A program made the position numbers and the translations under genes. Positions 24,969 to 39,470 of a stretch of DNA of 64,000 nt are shown here, piece after piece. The stretch lies in NCBI GenBank assembly GCA_030141605.1, contig JAQGDQ010000822.1, positions 1 to 64,000 of the forward strand, given 5' to 3'. The number at the start of each line of letters is the position of its first letter. Position 1 is the first letter of the stretch. Under the pieces are notes generated by a model. That model saw only the letters and a program-made list of their open reading frames with translations, was not told where the DNA came from and made no database searches. The DNA is from Tubiluchus corallicola. Taxonomy: Eukaryota; Animalia; Priapulida.

Positions 24969-25791
24969 TTTTTAATCATTACTGTTTTTCTTCAATTATT
25001 TCTATCTTGGGTTTGATTCGTCATTAATAAACTTAAACTTTGTTAACAGTGAGACTAATGATTATGTGGACCATAATGATGATGGCGGTGACGACGACGA
25101 TGGTATGATGATAATGATGATGACAACGATGGTAGTGACTTCCATAATGCTATGTCATATTTGTGTTGTCGTAACTAAACAAATAATCAAAGCAAATATA
25201 ATTATCAGGTTTCCATGTAATGGTTAAAACTTTTGCACTGTTTATATTTTACAGAGAACTAATGCAACTGTCTGTCATCTGAACAATATTAGCACATTTA
25301 AAGGCTTAGTGCTGTTAAAAGAGATTCGAACACAGCATGTATTCTTCAAAGTCTCATTCCACCTATTCTAGACATTGAGGTATCATAGTTTTCAACCCAC
25401 TTTTATCTGCAGCTAACAGTGTAAGTTCTTCTACTCCTAAAGCTTGATTTGGTTGCAGTTGTTGAACATCTTTATTTATCTTAGCTATCCAACTTGTTTC
25501 TGGTTTGCCAGGTGGCTTTTTGCAAGGTTTTAAGGCTTCCTTTAAGGCGATTCTTACTGGTGCTTCATTTGGTAATCTTAGAAGATGTCAGCCATCTCAA
25601 CCTTCGCATCTTGACCTTTGAACTCCAAGGATTTTCTTTCATTCTGGTCTGTAACTCTTCATGTATAAGAATATAATAATGTAAATGATAATTGGAAAAT
25701 GTCGCTTTTAGGTACGCAGTAAACATACGTACTGTATAAACCATATACGTACTCTATCAATAATGTCTCGATTTTTTCCAATCTCGTCATG

Positions 25792-25948
25792 CGCCATGTT
25801 GTTCTTCCAGCACGTGTGTGTCGCCATGTTGTTCTTCCAGCACGTGTGTGTCGCCATGTTGTTTTTCCAGCACGTGCGTGTCGCCATGTTGTTCTTCCAG
25901 CACGTGTGTGTCGCCATGTTGTTCTTCCAGCACGTGTGTGTCGCCATG
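25792..25948. repeat. 30-bp minisatellite, ~5 copies
   Basis: Unit cgccatgttgttcttccagcacgtgtgtgt. Confidence 0.95.
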
Positions 25949-26745
25949 ACGGAATCCTAAATTTCAATGCTCTCACTTTTCAACAACAAAAACGATACAA
26001 AAATCTGTACCAATGAGATGTTATTATTTTGCACGTATAAAAATCAGTCACTGGGTCATACAAATACGTCACATCTAAGATACTTTCTCAAAAGTTCAAA
26101 AATTCATTTCATCACCAAAACAGTAATAAAGACAATGTATAAATAAAATCATACAAAAATACGAACTATAATACTTATATTATATGCTAGATATTTTACT
26201 TTGTTAACACAATGCACCGTACAATGATATTAGCACCAGAATGACTTGAGCATCATAAACAAAATTAGTACTGAAATATTAAAATATGAAAAGATCTGAG
26301 AACTAATATATGAAAATTTTAATGAGCAATAATCTATTACAGATTTGGCATAGCAATAAAAACTCGCTTGGCTTTCGACATGAAAAGGCAAAGGTTTTTG
26401 CAATCACTGGGATAAGCGTTTAACATCAGTTATTGACTATTGTAAGAGACACAAAAACTACACAGAAGAATAGCATGAAAATTGTAATGAGTGTTTCAGC
26501 CTAAACAGGTGGTCGGGAGGTTCGAACTCGAGCCTCGTCTGCTTGTACAGTGTACAATTCTTACAGCACAACGTCAACTCCCCCCCCCCTCATGTATCTA
26601 ACTGCTTAACCCGTTGAAGCCTTTAGAAGTCAAACTCAGGAAATACGACGAACATTCTAGAAACGTTTGGAGTTCATGAAAAGCACAATATTATTCAGGT
26701 TTTATTTTGGTATGTCTGGCTTCACAGTAGGCTCTGTCGTTTGTA

Positions 26746-27431
26746 TAGGTTTTACACGTCAAATGTAGACACAGGAAAGTTCAAACGTGACTTAGGTAAG
26801 TCAAATGTAGATGCATTACTTTGAATAAATCGGTAATTAACTCATTTAAGTGCAAATTACAAAAAGATGAACCAAAGATGGTCATCACCTCTTTCATAAC
26901 TTTGAAAAATGCGTTGTTTATTCTCAAACTAAATTCTTTGATAAAACATAATGTCGGTAGAGAAGAGTAAACTGGTTCCCACTTCCCTACGAACCGTGAA
27001 TCACTAATTAGATTTTCAAGTAATGCATTAGCACTGCATTAATGAATTAGTTTCTCTCAAGAAAGATTGTTTATTTTAAGAATGTATTGTTTTCTCTAAC
27101 AGTTCCAATGGCACGTAAAGTTTGCAGAATATTATGAACTATTAGTAAACCTATAAAGTTATTATTTTCACAGCAATTATTAAATTAAGATTAAAGGAGA
27201 TTAAATTTAACATCCTTAAGCTTTACCACCTATCCACATTTGAGATACCAATGTCACATTTGACTTGACATGTGTCTACATTTGACTTACCAAAAACGCT
27301 TAAAATTTCTTGAAAACCATTGTTAACACATTTGAACTACCTAAGTCTACATTTGAGTTACCAAGACACATTTGAATCACCTAAATCTACATTTGACTTA
27401 ACGTAGGTCTATATTCGACATGTAAAACCTA
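26746..27431. mobile_element. TA-flanked MITE with subterminal gtcaaatgtaga repeats, just downstream of KLF
   Basis: ta|taggttttacacgtc ... gacatgtaaaaccta|ta; repeated tctacatttga motifs in inverted orientation. Confidence 0.7.
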
Positions 27432-27688
27432 TAAAATTTATAATTGGATTTCATGACTCATTATACTCACACATATCTATGCCTTAATTATTAGAGATAC
27501 GCATTATTAAACATAACACAAAGTGGCTTGGACGAAATAATATCTACAAAATACATAAAAACAAGTAAATAGAGCAACAGAAGACGACTGCCAGCGACAA
27601 ATGTTTGGTCCAGATTTTTCAATTCACGTATAAAAAGTTTTGATAACGAGAATATTAATAATTTATACTACATTAAATAAAATCTTAA

Positions 27689-28849
27689 CTATAACGTGAC
27701 GTGGCGCTTCATGTGTAAGGATAGATGGTCAGATCGCGAGAATGCGCGTTCACATAGCTGACATTGGAACGGACGGTCTCCAGTGTGCTTCCGGTAATGA
27801 CGAGTTAACTCGTCGGATCGAGCAAACTTCCATCCACATCCCTTCCAGTTACAAACGTAAGGTTTCTCACCAGTGTGAGTGCGCATGTGCGCTTTAAGAT
27901 GTGAACTTTTGGTGTAAGTCTTCCCACAATCCACATGACTACACGCGTGCGTGGTTATACGTTTGCGCGTCCACGTGCGTCTAGGGCGTCTACGTGGCGT
28001 CATCTGTTGGTAAGGATGGTCAGGAAATACACTCGGTGCACTTTGATTGTACGCAGGTGAAGAATGTGGAAACGGCGAGGAGGAGTAATGACAGTTTTGT
28101 GGAAGAGGTACGACATGCGATGGTGGATGCGATGATCTGGAATAGTAATGTTGTGGATGGTGTTTCTCATGGTGATGTAAGGCCATGGGATATTGTTGAT
28201 GACTGGAAGGATGGTGTAAGACCGTCGAAGAACTGAAATAACTCTCACTATTTACACCACTGTGCATGCAACTAGACGAACTATATACTTCAGGCACATC
28301 ACAAACACCCGATGAATTGTCTTCCAGTTTTATAGGTTGTATGACGTCAAAGTTAGTGGATTCAAATCCCGGCGTATTGTAGAATGGACGACCACAGCTA
28401 GCAGAGGAAACGGTGCATTGCGAACGACTCATTACTTGAAGAGGTTCCTCTTTTATTGAACACGAATTATCCTTTTCATTGTACTGTCTAATTCCTACGG
28501 TCATTTGCCCTTGTAAATGCAATGGTTGTCGCGTTTGGGCGTTTACAAGAGGCGTACTTTGGCCGCACGGGGGGAGGAGTTGTGATTCTACTGGAACGTC
28601 TGCTACTGTAGTCCACGAAGCACCACTCTGCTCCACCTGCAAGCAAGAGGAGGAACCTTCTTGCAAATTAAAATCGAATTCACCGAAGAAGTCCGTCACA
28701 TTTTCGTTGGTCATAGCTTGATGAGCTTGGTAATTAGTTGCCGACCCGACCGCAGTGGCGCTGCAAGACTTCATCGAAGGTCTCTTGAACACGTCGTGTT
28801 TGAGCGGCCGAGTCTCATTCGACAAGAACTTGTCAATGTCTTGCCACAG
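27689..28849 (-). CDS. KLF2/4: Kruppel-like factor of the KLF1/2/4 group, large final coding exon (upstream exon not identified)
   Basis: [42 protein letters not shown]...[44 protein letters not shown] (three C2H2 fingers); acceptor ttgtttcag at 28850. Confidence 0.93.
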   Translation of the reverse strand: MWQDIDKFLSNETRPLKHDVFKRPSMKSCSATAVGSATNYQAHQAMTNENVTDFFGEFDFNLQEGSSSCLQVEQSGASWTTVADVPVESQLLPPCGQSTPLVNAQTRQPLHLQGQMTVGIRQYNEKDNSCSIKEEPLQVMSRSQCTVSSASCGRPFYNTPGFESTNFDVIQPIKLEDNSSGVCDVPEVYSSSSCMHSGVNSESYFSSSTVLHHPSSHQQYPMALHHHEKHHPQHYYSRSSHPPSHVVPLPQNCHYSSSPFPHSSPAYNQSAPSVFPDHPYQQMTPRRRPRRTWTRKRITTHACSHVDCGKTYTKSSHLKAHMRTHTGEKPYVCNWKGCGWKFARSDELTRHYRKHTGDRPFQCQLCERAFSRSDHLSLHMKRHVTL

Positions 28850-29284
28850 CTGAAACAATTAAGTAAATATTTCAAGATTTAGTCTTCCCATAGTTGAAAA
28901 GTTGAAGTAATGAATTCAACACTTCAAGATTCAATCGTGCCAAAATTTAAACAATAAATTCAACGTTTGAAGATTGAGTCAATCCACGGCTGAAATAATG
29001 AATTAAAAATTTCAAAGTTTATTGTACATGAGCAAAATTAATGAAGTAAATAGATGTACGTTAAAGATAATTTGCAAAATTCGCGTTAAAATTAAATTTT
29101 GATATAAAAAAGTTGAAACGCACAGTGAGAAAAAAACTAAAAATTATATTTCAAGAAGAGAGGACGTGGTGATTTGTGCCAATTGCAAAGCAAAAATTTG
29201 GGTGGTTTGGTAACGAGTAAAACTTGGATAAAAGTTGTTTATAAACAAAAGCACAAGAAAACACTCTTCATAAACAAAACTTAA

Positions 29285-29846
29285 AGGAAGACAGGATGAT
29301 TTTTCATATACTACCCCAATTTTAAATCCGATAAAAAGTCCGACATTTTAACACAGTTAAACTGTCGGACTTTTTATCGGATTTAAAATTGGGGTAGTAT
29401 GTGAACTGAACGAGCCCAACTATTTCGGAAACGCATTGCACAAAAAACAGGTGCTGTACCTGTCAGTTCAGATGTGTTGGTTTGTGACGAACTACACACG
29501 TTCGACAGCTCATGCATGAGCATAGCGGTAAATTTGAATTTTAAATTTTTATCTTAAAACTAGTTTTAGTACAGCGCAGTGAATATCTTTTATCTTGCAG
29601 TAGCACTGTACTTCAATTTTTGCTTTCTCAAACGAACATAATTTTCAACAGCAAAAATATTCCACAAGCGTCCTGCACGTGTTTGTGAAAGCAAAAATTG
29701 AGGTTCAGTGCTGCTGTAAAATTTCCAGTGTGTTGTACTAAAGTTAGACAAGTTTCGAGATAAAAATTCAAATTTAACACATGCATGAGCTTTCGAACGT
29801 GTGTAGTTCGTCACAAACCAACACATCTTAACTGAGAGGTACAGCA
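29285..29846. mobile_element. Rearranged Kolobok-like family B copy with two internal palindromes
   Basis: ttaa|aggaagacaggatg start; perfect ~38-bp-arm hairpin at 29308-29400; inverted arms ~29453-29620 / ~29700-29846. Confidence 0.75.
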
Positions 29847-30170
29847 ATGTGTAAAATTTGAAAAAAACAATCAGAGCATTCGTAGTACACTCTTCACTAA
29901 CAAAGAAAAAATATAAATTACTTTATCTCGTTAATAAATCAATAATGTGTTTTTTGGTGAATCAGCGGTGCACACTGGGAAGGCGATACAGAGCCGTGTT
30001 ACCAGGTGGCGCGAATATTTTAAATTTCTTTTTCCAGTTACATAAGGCAACCAAAAATGCAAGTGTAATGCTAACTAATATAACGTTGTGTGGAAAGTTT
30101 TTTGAAACATATTTTAAAATTTCCCATTGATTTTAAGCAGTTGAGCTGGTGATAGCTAAGTATGCGTTAA

Positions 30171-30878
30171 GGGACAAGAAAAGGGGTACCTGAAGTAGGT
30201 TTCAGAAAAATCGCCTTAAAAAAATTATATTACTTTATAGTAATTTTATGCGTACATCGTACTCGCACTGAAAGCAATTTTAGTTTGTTTTCATTTTAAA
30301 TCTCCCGCAATACTGTTCCGAAGTCGCCATTACATGACGTCATGTACCAAACGTAAATCATGGGAAGAAAAGGCAATGTTAAATTATGTCTCAAAAGACT
30401 TTCCGTGCAAATCTATATTACTTAGATTTTCGCTTACCTACTAGAAAAACTTATGTAACAAGAAAAGAAAATTATTAATTATTTAAAATGTTTTCACCAA
30501 TTGGTAAAATCTCGCTGACTCACCCTCCAGGGTGCATCACTCACTAACCAAAAAACGTATTTTTAATCTTATTGACAAGATACAGTAATTTTAAATTTTA
30601 TTTAGTTAGTGATGTGTGCGTTACGAATGCGCTGATTATTTACTGAAACTTTACAAAATGTTATCTAAACTTGTTTCAAATGACCTGTCGTGAAAATGGC
30701 TGCGCCTAACGGTCATCGCGGGAGTTTAAATTTACATGTTTTATACAGCGTGACTGCCGATTGAAGTTCTGATTGCAAAAAGGCAGTATGTAAGCGATAT
30801 AAACTTTCAAAACGAATTTGTATAAATATTCGAGACGAATTTTTTAAGCTTTATGTAAGCGGAGGGTTTTCTTGTGCT
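30171..30878 (+). mobile_element. Full-length Kolobok-like non-autonomous element, family A
   Basis: TTAA on both sides; termini gggacaagaaaa / ttttcttgtgct. Confidence 0.85.
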
Positions 30879-31399
30879 TTAACACAATAGCAAAACCAAA
30901 ACTTAACTGGCTTCATCAAAGATTAATATGAAATAAAATGGAAACCTACATGCACGAGAACTTGGTTAAACGATTTGCTTTCTACTTCATGCAAATACTT
31001 CATACTTAGTAAAATAGGGATTAAATTTGTGTAGTTCTTGAGATTACTGATTGCAACTCTTGTGGATTTAAACATTGAATTGGAATTTAATTAATTTGGT
31101 ATATCAATTTATTTGCGTTTTTACGTTACTTCACAGGAAACTTGCTGCATTAATAGCCTTGATTTTAGCACGCACTTTAATACTTCTTGTTTAACATCAC
31201 TGTAAGAAATGTTATGCGCACAAATTAGAAAAGCTAATTACAGAATCCGTAAATGTAATATCGTATAATTCACTCTGCATAGTGTCTATGTAAAATTGTA
31301 TAATGTTAGTACAGATGTTTTTGCCTGCAAAAAGAGGCTAATAAAGACTTATCATCATCATCCATACAAACCTTTGCAGCATTCTAAGCCTTAAGGACC

Positions 31400-31863
31400 T
31401 TAATATGAAAACCTTAGTATAGCTGCCTTAGGGACTAATGATCTGTTGAAGTTGTTATTATTCGGAAAAGATGAATTTAACTATGTTGCTAACTGTAAAA
31501 TATTCCAATGTATACATGACTTTATATTACGTACCAAACGCTTCTAATAGTTTCTATCTGATATGAAATGCATCAGTCTTAAATATTCGTACATTAATAT
31601 TTTCTAACCGTCATTTTCTACTGATGTCTAATGTAATCTTGTAGTAAAACTTGTCAGCTTGTGTAGTTATAGTTAATTCTTACTGTAAATGTTACTAATA
31701 TCTAATGTAATCTTGTAGTAAAACTTGCCGGCTTGGGTAGTTATAGTCTATTCTTACTGTAAATGTTTTTGTAAATAGTGTATAAAGTCTGTTGTGGTGA
31801 GGATCCTAAATCATGTTGTTCAAACTGTCTGATCCAATCCTAAATAAATTATGTTTAAACTAA
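31400..31863 (+). mobile_element. CR1-like LINE 3' end (family shared with 52364-53385 and inverted at 36697-36780)
   Basis: DLLKLLLFGKDEFNYVANCKIFQCIHDFILRTKRF*, two 74-bp units, end gatccaatcctaaataaattatgtttaaactaa. Confidence 0.82.
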
Positions 31864-32869
31864 GGATACTTACACCATTTAGAACACCGATTTCTTTGCA
31901 ACACGATAATTATGCTAGATAGTCTATTAAAATGGAAAAGGACGGCACAAACAACACCGACACTAACCTCTGATTAGCAAGAATTGTTGTGGCAAAGCAA
32001 GTGTAAAGATTACATCAGAGATTAACAACGGCATTTTCATTTACGCCCAGTCATATACATGGGCTGAGAAAAGAACTTCAACTTTTACACGCGAAAACCG
32101 GGTACGGAAGTTACATGTTGTTAACTTGCTAACGTTGGTAATAAAATTATCGTTCACTCGGTTCCCATCATTAGAAATACCTTGTAAATCTTGCTGATGG
32201 GTGGAACTGAAACTTGTACGTTATAAACTTAAGCTGGTTATTATGTGATTTGATAGTAGTAATAATTTAAGCGTGATCAAACTTAATACGAACTAGTACT
32301 TAATAACAATAAACTAAAAACTGTTCTAAAGAGAAAACTTAGAACTGTTCTAAAATCATACAGTAATATTTGTTTTTTATTAGCTCTAGTGTTTAACCCT
32401 TAGCCGACCAAAGTGGGGTAAAAAGTTACTCCGGCGATGTTTACTCGCATTTTTTCTATTTGTGCGCACAACGAAAAATTTTCAAACTACAATTTGTCAC
32501 GCAACCATAGCTTGGGTTTGTTGAAAAGTATTATTTATGTTTTTTTAAAAAGCACGGGCTACCTGATGTGGGGTATCTTATTATATATATATATTATATA
32601 TATATATTAATTCTTTATTTGTCATTAAAATGGTTCACTCATTATAACAAAATTGAGTAAGCCTCAGCGTAATGTTAAAATAACAACACTGTTCAAGACA
32701 AATGCGTCCAGTGCAGACTACAAAAAACTAAAGTGCAAAACTAAGGCCTAATTATATAGAATAAATGAACATATTTACAAACACCATATAAAAATATTTT
32801 TACAAAACAATATTACAAAAGACATGACACAATTAACATAAACATACTTTACATTACACAAATTTCACT

Positions 32870-33122
32870 CATTACATTTACACTATTTATACATTTGACA
32901 TTACAAAACTAACATAACACGTATTACATTACATAATTTAAAAAAAAATTCATTTTTAATCATTACATTTACACTATTTATACATTTGACATTACAAAAC
33001 TAACATAACACGTATTACATTATATAATTTAAAAAAAAATTCATTTTTAATCATTACATTTACACTATTTATACATTTGACATTACAAAACTAACAACAC
33101 GTATTACATTACATAATTTTAA
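32870..33122. repeat. 91-bp tandem repeat, ~2.8 copies
   Basis: cattacatttacactatttatacatttgac at 32870, 32961, 33052. Confidence 0.9.
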
Positions 33123-33859
33123 AATTTTTTTTATTACCCAGCCCTTCTCTTTTAAGTAGGCGAAATCTTAGAGTTTACTGAAGTAGTACATAGTTTATAG
33201 AAGTTTTTTTCTTTCTGGCAGCACCACATGTCTTGAAAACTGAAAACTGTTGCGAACCTCCAACAGCAGCCTACAGTTCTTCATTTAGTAATTTGGCGGG
33301 AAATTTTGCTGTACAGGTGACTAAGCTTGAAGCTGATGAAGATGAAATTTTAGAATTTAAAAGATCCTGCAAGTGAAGACGAATTGGATGTCTTAGAATT
33401 AAACAGTGAGCATCATTAGGCTATTAGGAGAATTGTCACCAGACTTGATAAACCAAGCATCGCCTCTTTTTATCCTTATGTCCTCTTATAGCTATGCCAA
33501 TTTGCCGCAGAAGTTGGTTTTGTCTAATAGGAGTACCTAGATTACCATTTGGTCATTCAATCCATTCAGTAACACATACTTAGCAAAACTTTCATTGGGT
33601 ACTTTGTTACCACAAGGGTTAAACAAATTATTTTCACCCAATTCCAGTTTTGTTTTATTGTATTGGTTTCAAAGAAGATTTCACAACAAATCTTCTTTAT
33701 GTATAAAAACTGATTGCTGCGTGGCCACACAATGACCAATACATGATTCATAAATTATGTTAATACATGACGTTTTTTGCACGTCACACATGTGACATCT
33801 AGAATCGGGTTTACAAGAAGATGAACATTTAAGAGAATGGGTACTAAGTATTGGCAATA

Positions 33860-34305
33860 GAATGTAACGTAATGTAATGCAATAGAATTAAACAGTATAG
33901 AACAGAATAGAATAGAATAGAATAGAATAGAATAGAATAGAATAGAATAGAGTAGAATAGAGTAGAGTAGAGTAGAGTAGAGTAGAGTACAGTACAGTAC
34001 AGTACAGTACAGTACAGTACAGTACAGTACAGTACAGTACAGTACAGTACAGTTCAATACAGTACAATACAATACAGTACAATACAATACAATACAATAC
34101 AATACAATACAATACAATACAATACAATACAATACAATACAATACAATACAATACAATACAATACAATACAATACAATACAATACAATACAATACAATAC
34201 AATACAATACAATACAATACAATACAATACAATACAATACAATACAATACAATACAATACAATACAATACAATACAATACAATACAATACAATACAATAT
34301 GCAAT
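33860..34305. repeat. Compound pentanucleotide microsatellite (AATAG)n(AGTAG)n(AGTAC)n(AATAC)n
   Basis: Directly visible. Confidence 0.97.
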
Positions 34306-34897
34306 GCAACTAATCTTCCCAGGATATCTCTGTTTTCGTTTTAACACATGTTAACTAAACTTCGTATATTGAGTAAGAATTACACGCAGCAAAGACGACT
34401 TTTACACGAATTTTAAGTTTTAAAAATTTCAAAACATGTAAATCATGCAGACAATTCGGCCATGTTGAATCATCAAGTCTGTATTAATGCCTAAGAATCT
34501 AGGCTTTCCCAATTTAACTTATTAATTTAAATGACGTGGAATATCATGTGTGACGCGAGGTTTATCTTGGCAAGGCATTTAAGGTACAGAAACTTGCAAT
34601 GTATACCCAGTAAGACGGATAGACAATTAAGCCACAAATTTATTAGGTGTAAGGCGGTTCGACGATTTATGATGCTGTACCTACAATTGTCTACGGTATT
34701 GTCTACAACTTACAAACCACATTTCAGAATTGGCCAGAATGTTATTTTACTTGCAAACTTGTTGCTCATTTGTTTCAGACCTTCGGTTATATATACGGCA
34801 CGCTCTAAGCTAAAGTCATATCATCATAAAGCATTTTCAATGTCACAATGATTTGCACACGTAACTGTTTCAAAGTACTTCCATCACCCCTTTCGAT

Positions 34898-35564
34898 GCA
34901 TTTTGAAAACGCGTTGCACAAAAACAGGTGCTGTACTTCTCAGTTCAGATGTGTTGGCTTGTGACGAACTACACACGTTCCACAACTCGTGCGTGAGCGC
35001 AGCGGTAAATTTGAAATTTGAATTTTTATCTTAAAACTTATCTAGTTTTAGTACAACTCCCTGAATATCTTACAGTAGCTCTGTACTTCAATTTTTACTT
35101 TCGCAAACACGTGTAACACGTCCGTGGAATATTTTTGCTGTTGAAAATTATGTTAGTTTGAGAAAGCAAAAATTGAAGTGCAGTGCTACTGTAAGATATT
35201 CAGTGCGTTGTACTAAAACTACGCAAGTTTTAAGATAAAAATTTAAATTTCAAATTTACCGTTGTGCTCACACATGAGCTATCGAACGTGTGTAGTTCGT
35301 CACAAACTAACACATCTGAACTGACAGGTATAGCACCTGTTTCTTGTGCAATGAGTTTCTAAAATGCAGGCGCTAATGCTCGTCTAACTAACGAATGGTG
35401 AAATGCATGTAACAGCGAAGAACTAGTGCCGCGAACGTGAAAGTGTGTTTGTGTGGTAATAATTCTTTTGCGTAAATCATTTATGAATAAATAGTTTGTT
35501 TCCTTTCAACATTTTAAAGAGTAGATTGTTTTGACTAACAGTTTAAGATTGAGTCGGTTTTGCT
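34898..35564 (+). mobile_element. Kolobok-like family B copy with ~210-bp internal inverted arms
   Basis: 34898-35108 is the reverse complement of 35157-35368; ends ttttgct|ttaa. Confidence 0.82.
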
Positions 35565-35728
35565 TTAACTTTTTATAGGCAGTTTTGGTGAAAATTTCTT
35601 TGTTAACTTTTTTCTAAGTTTAAGTGATAACAGTATTAGAAAACCCAACACAATAAATGAGTTGTCTTTTCCTTTAACTAAGACAAAGTGTAACTTCAAC
35701 AGCAATACAGAATATAAAACGTAAACCC

Positions 35729-36292
35729 TTGAATTTGCCGCTTGGAAATAATGAAAGGAAAATAGAATCCATTGCCATGTCTTTTTTAACGGGCCAGGGG
35801 AATTTTAACAGCTTTTTGTATAGACTGAATATGTGTGATACTAGTTTATGTCCATGTGGAGAAGAAGAGCAAACTCCTCAGCACATTTTATTCAGATGCA
35901 ATAAAGTAGATAATACAAAAAGAATGCGTTTCATAGAAATAGCTGATGCCAATTATACACGTAATATTATGCTTCAATCTGATAAAAATTTAATAATGGC
36001 TTTTACTAACCTTATCAGAGATAATTTTATACTAAGTAATTGTTAATTTAGGCTCGCTCGAGTATACAAAAATAAATTATGTATGTGTGTAAAGTTAATT
36101 TGTGTGTATAATACTTGTGAATCATTTGAAATTAAATCTAATTTAAGTATAATATGTTATTCGTTGTACATAGTGTGAAACTGGAAATATTTAAAAGATT
36201 TGTTATGTGAAAATGTAAATTGTTGATCTGAGCCTGCAAAAAGAGGCACCTTTTGTATATACGTTCATTGCTTTAATAAAGATTTATTATTA
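35729..36292 (+). mobile_element. I/R1-like LINE 3' end (CCHC-type zinc knuckle)
   Basis: FLTGQGNFNSFLYRLNMCDTSLCPCGEEEQTPQHILFRC; 3' motif gcctgcaaaaagaggc...aataaaga also at 31323. Confidence 0.75.
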
Positions 36293-36781
36293 CTAAAAAA
36301 TATATCAACAGCAAAACTTTAGCAGAGGACCTAAGACCGCCTTAAATTTACTGACTGGACGATGGCAACGTCTCTTTGCAAGTAAGTACCTTATTGATTT
36401 TACCTCAGGGTAGAATTATCTTTTGTCCTAGACAGTTTCAATAAACCCTGTCCATTCTTTGTAGGCTGCAGCCATTCTAGTTGATTTACGAGGACCCAGC
36501 ATGTTGGGAAATACGGCACGCCCTTGAAACTAACGCACGGCATCTGTCACCAGGGTCATCTATTTCACTTTGCAGTAAGAAATATTATCACACATGCAGG
36601 CAATGGATAATAAATTATTTTTAAAACAAGCCATTTAACTGCTGTTGAAAATTATATTTGTTCTGTGTACTGTTTGTCAAATATTGAAAAGACGTTTTAG
36701 TTAGTTTAAACGTAATTTATTTAGGATTGGATCAGACAGTATGAACAACCTGATTTAGGATCCTCACCACAACAGTCTACT

Positions 36782-36817
36782 ACACACACACACACACACA
36801 CACACTCTCTCTCTCTC

Positions 36818-36869
<52 letters not shown>

Positions 36870-37045
36870 TCTCTCTCTCTCTCTCCGTTCTCTCTCTCTC
36901 TCTCTCTCTCTCCCGCTCTCTCTCTCCCTCTCTCTCTCTGTTTTTCTCCTTCTCTCCCGCTCTGTCTCTCCCGTTCTCTCTGTCTCCCGTTCTCTCCCCA
37001 CTCTCTCCCGCTCTCTCTCCTGTTCTCTCTCCCTCTCTTTCTTTC
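36782..37045. repeat. (CA)n/(CT)n microsatellite
   Basis: Directly visible. Confidence 0.95.
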
Positions 37046-37157
37046 TTTTTTCTTGCTATATAAGCCTATTTTTGCATTAATTATTAATTGCAATATAAAA
37101 TATACAAGACAGCTAAAATTAATATTCAGTGATTTTTTTTGTGCCTTTTCTTCTTTT

Positions 37158-37222
37158 TGCAGTATCGAACACACGACCTCCCGAATGGAAAACAGACGCG
37201 TTACCACTAGACTATAACGTCA
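37158..37222 (-). pseudogene. tRNA-derived (SINE head-like) sequence; related remnant at 38550-38600
   Basis: Minus strand tagtctagtggtaacgcg...ttcca...ggtcgtgtgttcgatac has A- and B-box-like motifs but a poor cloverleaf. Confidence 0.45.
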
Positions 37223-37309
37223 ATCATACATCTGGTCATATGAGACAGCAACAGGAAAATTTGAATCAAACGAGTACGAAAAATTTAAGACGCCCGAGAG
37301 TAGTAACCT

Positions 37310-38115
<806 letters not shown>

Positions 38116-38189
38116 TTTCAAAAAAATTCAAAATAATTATAAAAATTGTTAGAAAGAAAATATTGTGCACAGAAACTGGTAACACAAAT

Positions 38190-38374
<185 letters not shown>

Positions 38375-38779
38375 TCTTTATTTAAAGTCGGATTTTGGAT
38401 GAACAATTAACATAGGCTTAAAAAGCTTTTTGCCTACTGTAAATAACAACTTACATCTACAATAACAGAGATTATTATTACCCCACTTTTACCCTAAAAA
38501 CGATGCGCAGGGCAGGGCAACAGGCGGAACCATTTTTAGTACGACTGGTCCTCAGTATCGAACTCACGACAGAAAGCGATCGCATTACCGTTAGACTAAA
38601 TCGTTTGGTCGATATAAAGTGAAATAAAACCAGCAAAAGTGAGGCTCATACCCTATTTAAAGAAGACTTTAGTCAAGAAGACATATCGGTTATGCAAAAC
38701 ATAGAGAAAAGATCAAATTTTTGACGAAATTGCGTTTCAGTTTACACACTCTGCAGACAGAACAAATGGGCAATGTTAA

Positions 38780-39377
38780 AGGAAGACAGGATGATTTTTC
38801 ATATACATATAAATAGTATACATTTTAACACAATTAATACTGCAAAAGTGTTTCGGATAATTAAATAATAAATTAAAAACTTAATTAACGGCGGGCGAGC
38901 CCAACCATTGATGACATCACAAACTAACATAATTTTAAACAGCAAAAATATTTCGTGAGCGTGTTGCATGTGTTTGCGAAAGCAAAAATTGAAGTACACT
39001 CCGTCTGTGAGATATTCAGTGTGTTGTACTAAAACTAGACAATTTCTAAAAAAAATCAAATTTCAGGTTTACCGCTGTACTCACACATGAGCTGTCGAAT
39101 GTATGTTGTGCGTCACAAACTAACATATCTGAACTGAGAGGCATAGCACCTGTTTTTTGGGCAATGCGTTTTCGAAATGGAGGCGCTAGTGCCCGTCTAA
39201 CTAGCGAATGGCAAAATGGTGTAAGAGCGAAGAACTAGTGACGCGAAGGCGAAATTGTGTTTGTGTGGTAATGATTCTTTCACGTAAGTCATTTTTGAAA
39301 AAATGGTATGTTTCCTTTCAATATTTTAAAGTGCAGATTGTTTTGACCTGCACTTTAAGATTGGCTCCGGTTTTGCT
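38780..39377 (+). mobile_element. Full-length Kolobok-like element, family B
   Basis: ttaa|aggaagac ... gttttgct|ttaa. Confidence 0.82.
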
Positions 39378-39470
39378 TTAAGTGTTTCTATGAAGTACAA
39401 GAAGCAAAACAAGTGAAAATTACCGAGACCAAAGTTTTATTGAATAGATCTGGCTATATATGGACCTTAA

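Noticed and set aside
27994-28882. ORFs overlapping KLF, SPDEF, the GPCRs and the LINE RT in antisense or shifted frames
   Set aside because: Shadow frames of real coding sequence with no recognisable motifs.
31865-31885. Candidate first KLF exon (ATGGT|gtaagt on the minus strand)
   Set aside because: Phase 2 relative to that ATG does not match the phase-0 acceptor at 28849.
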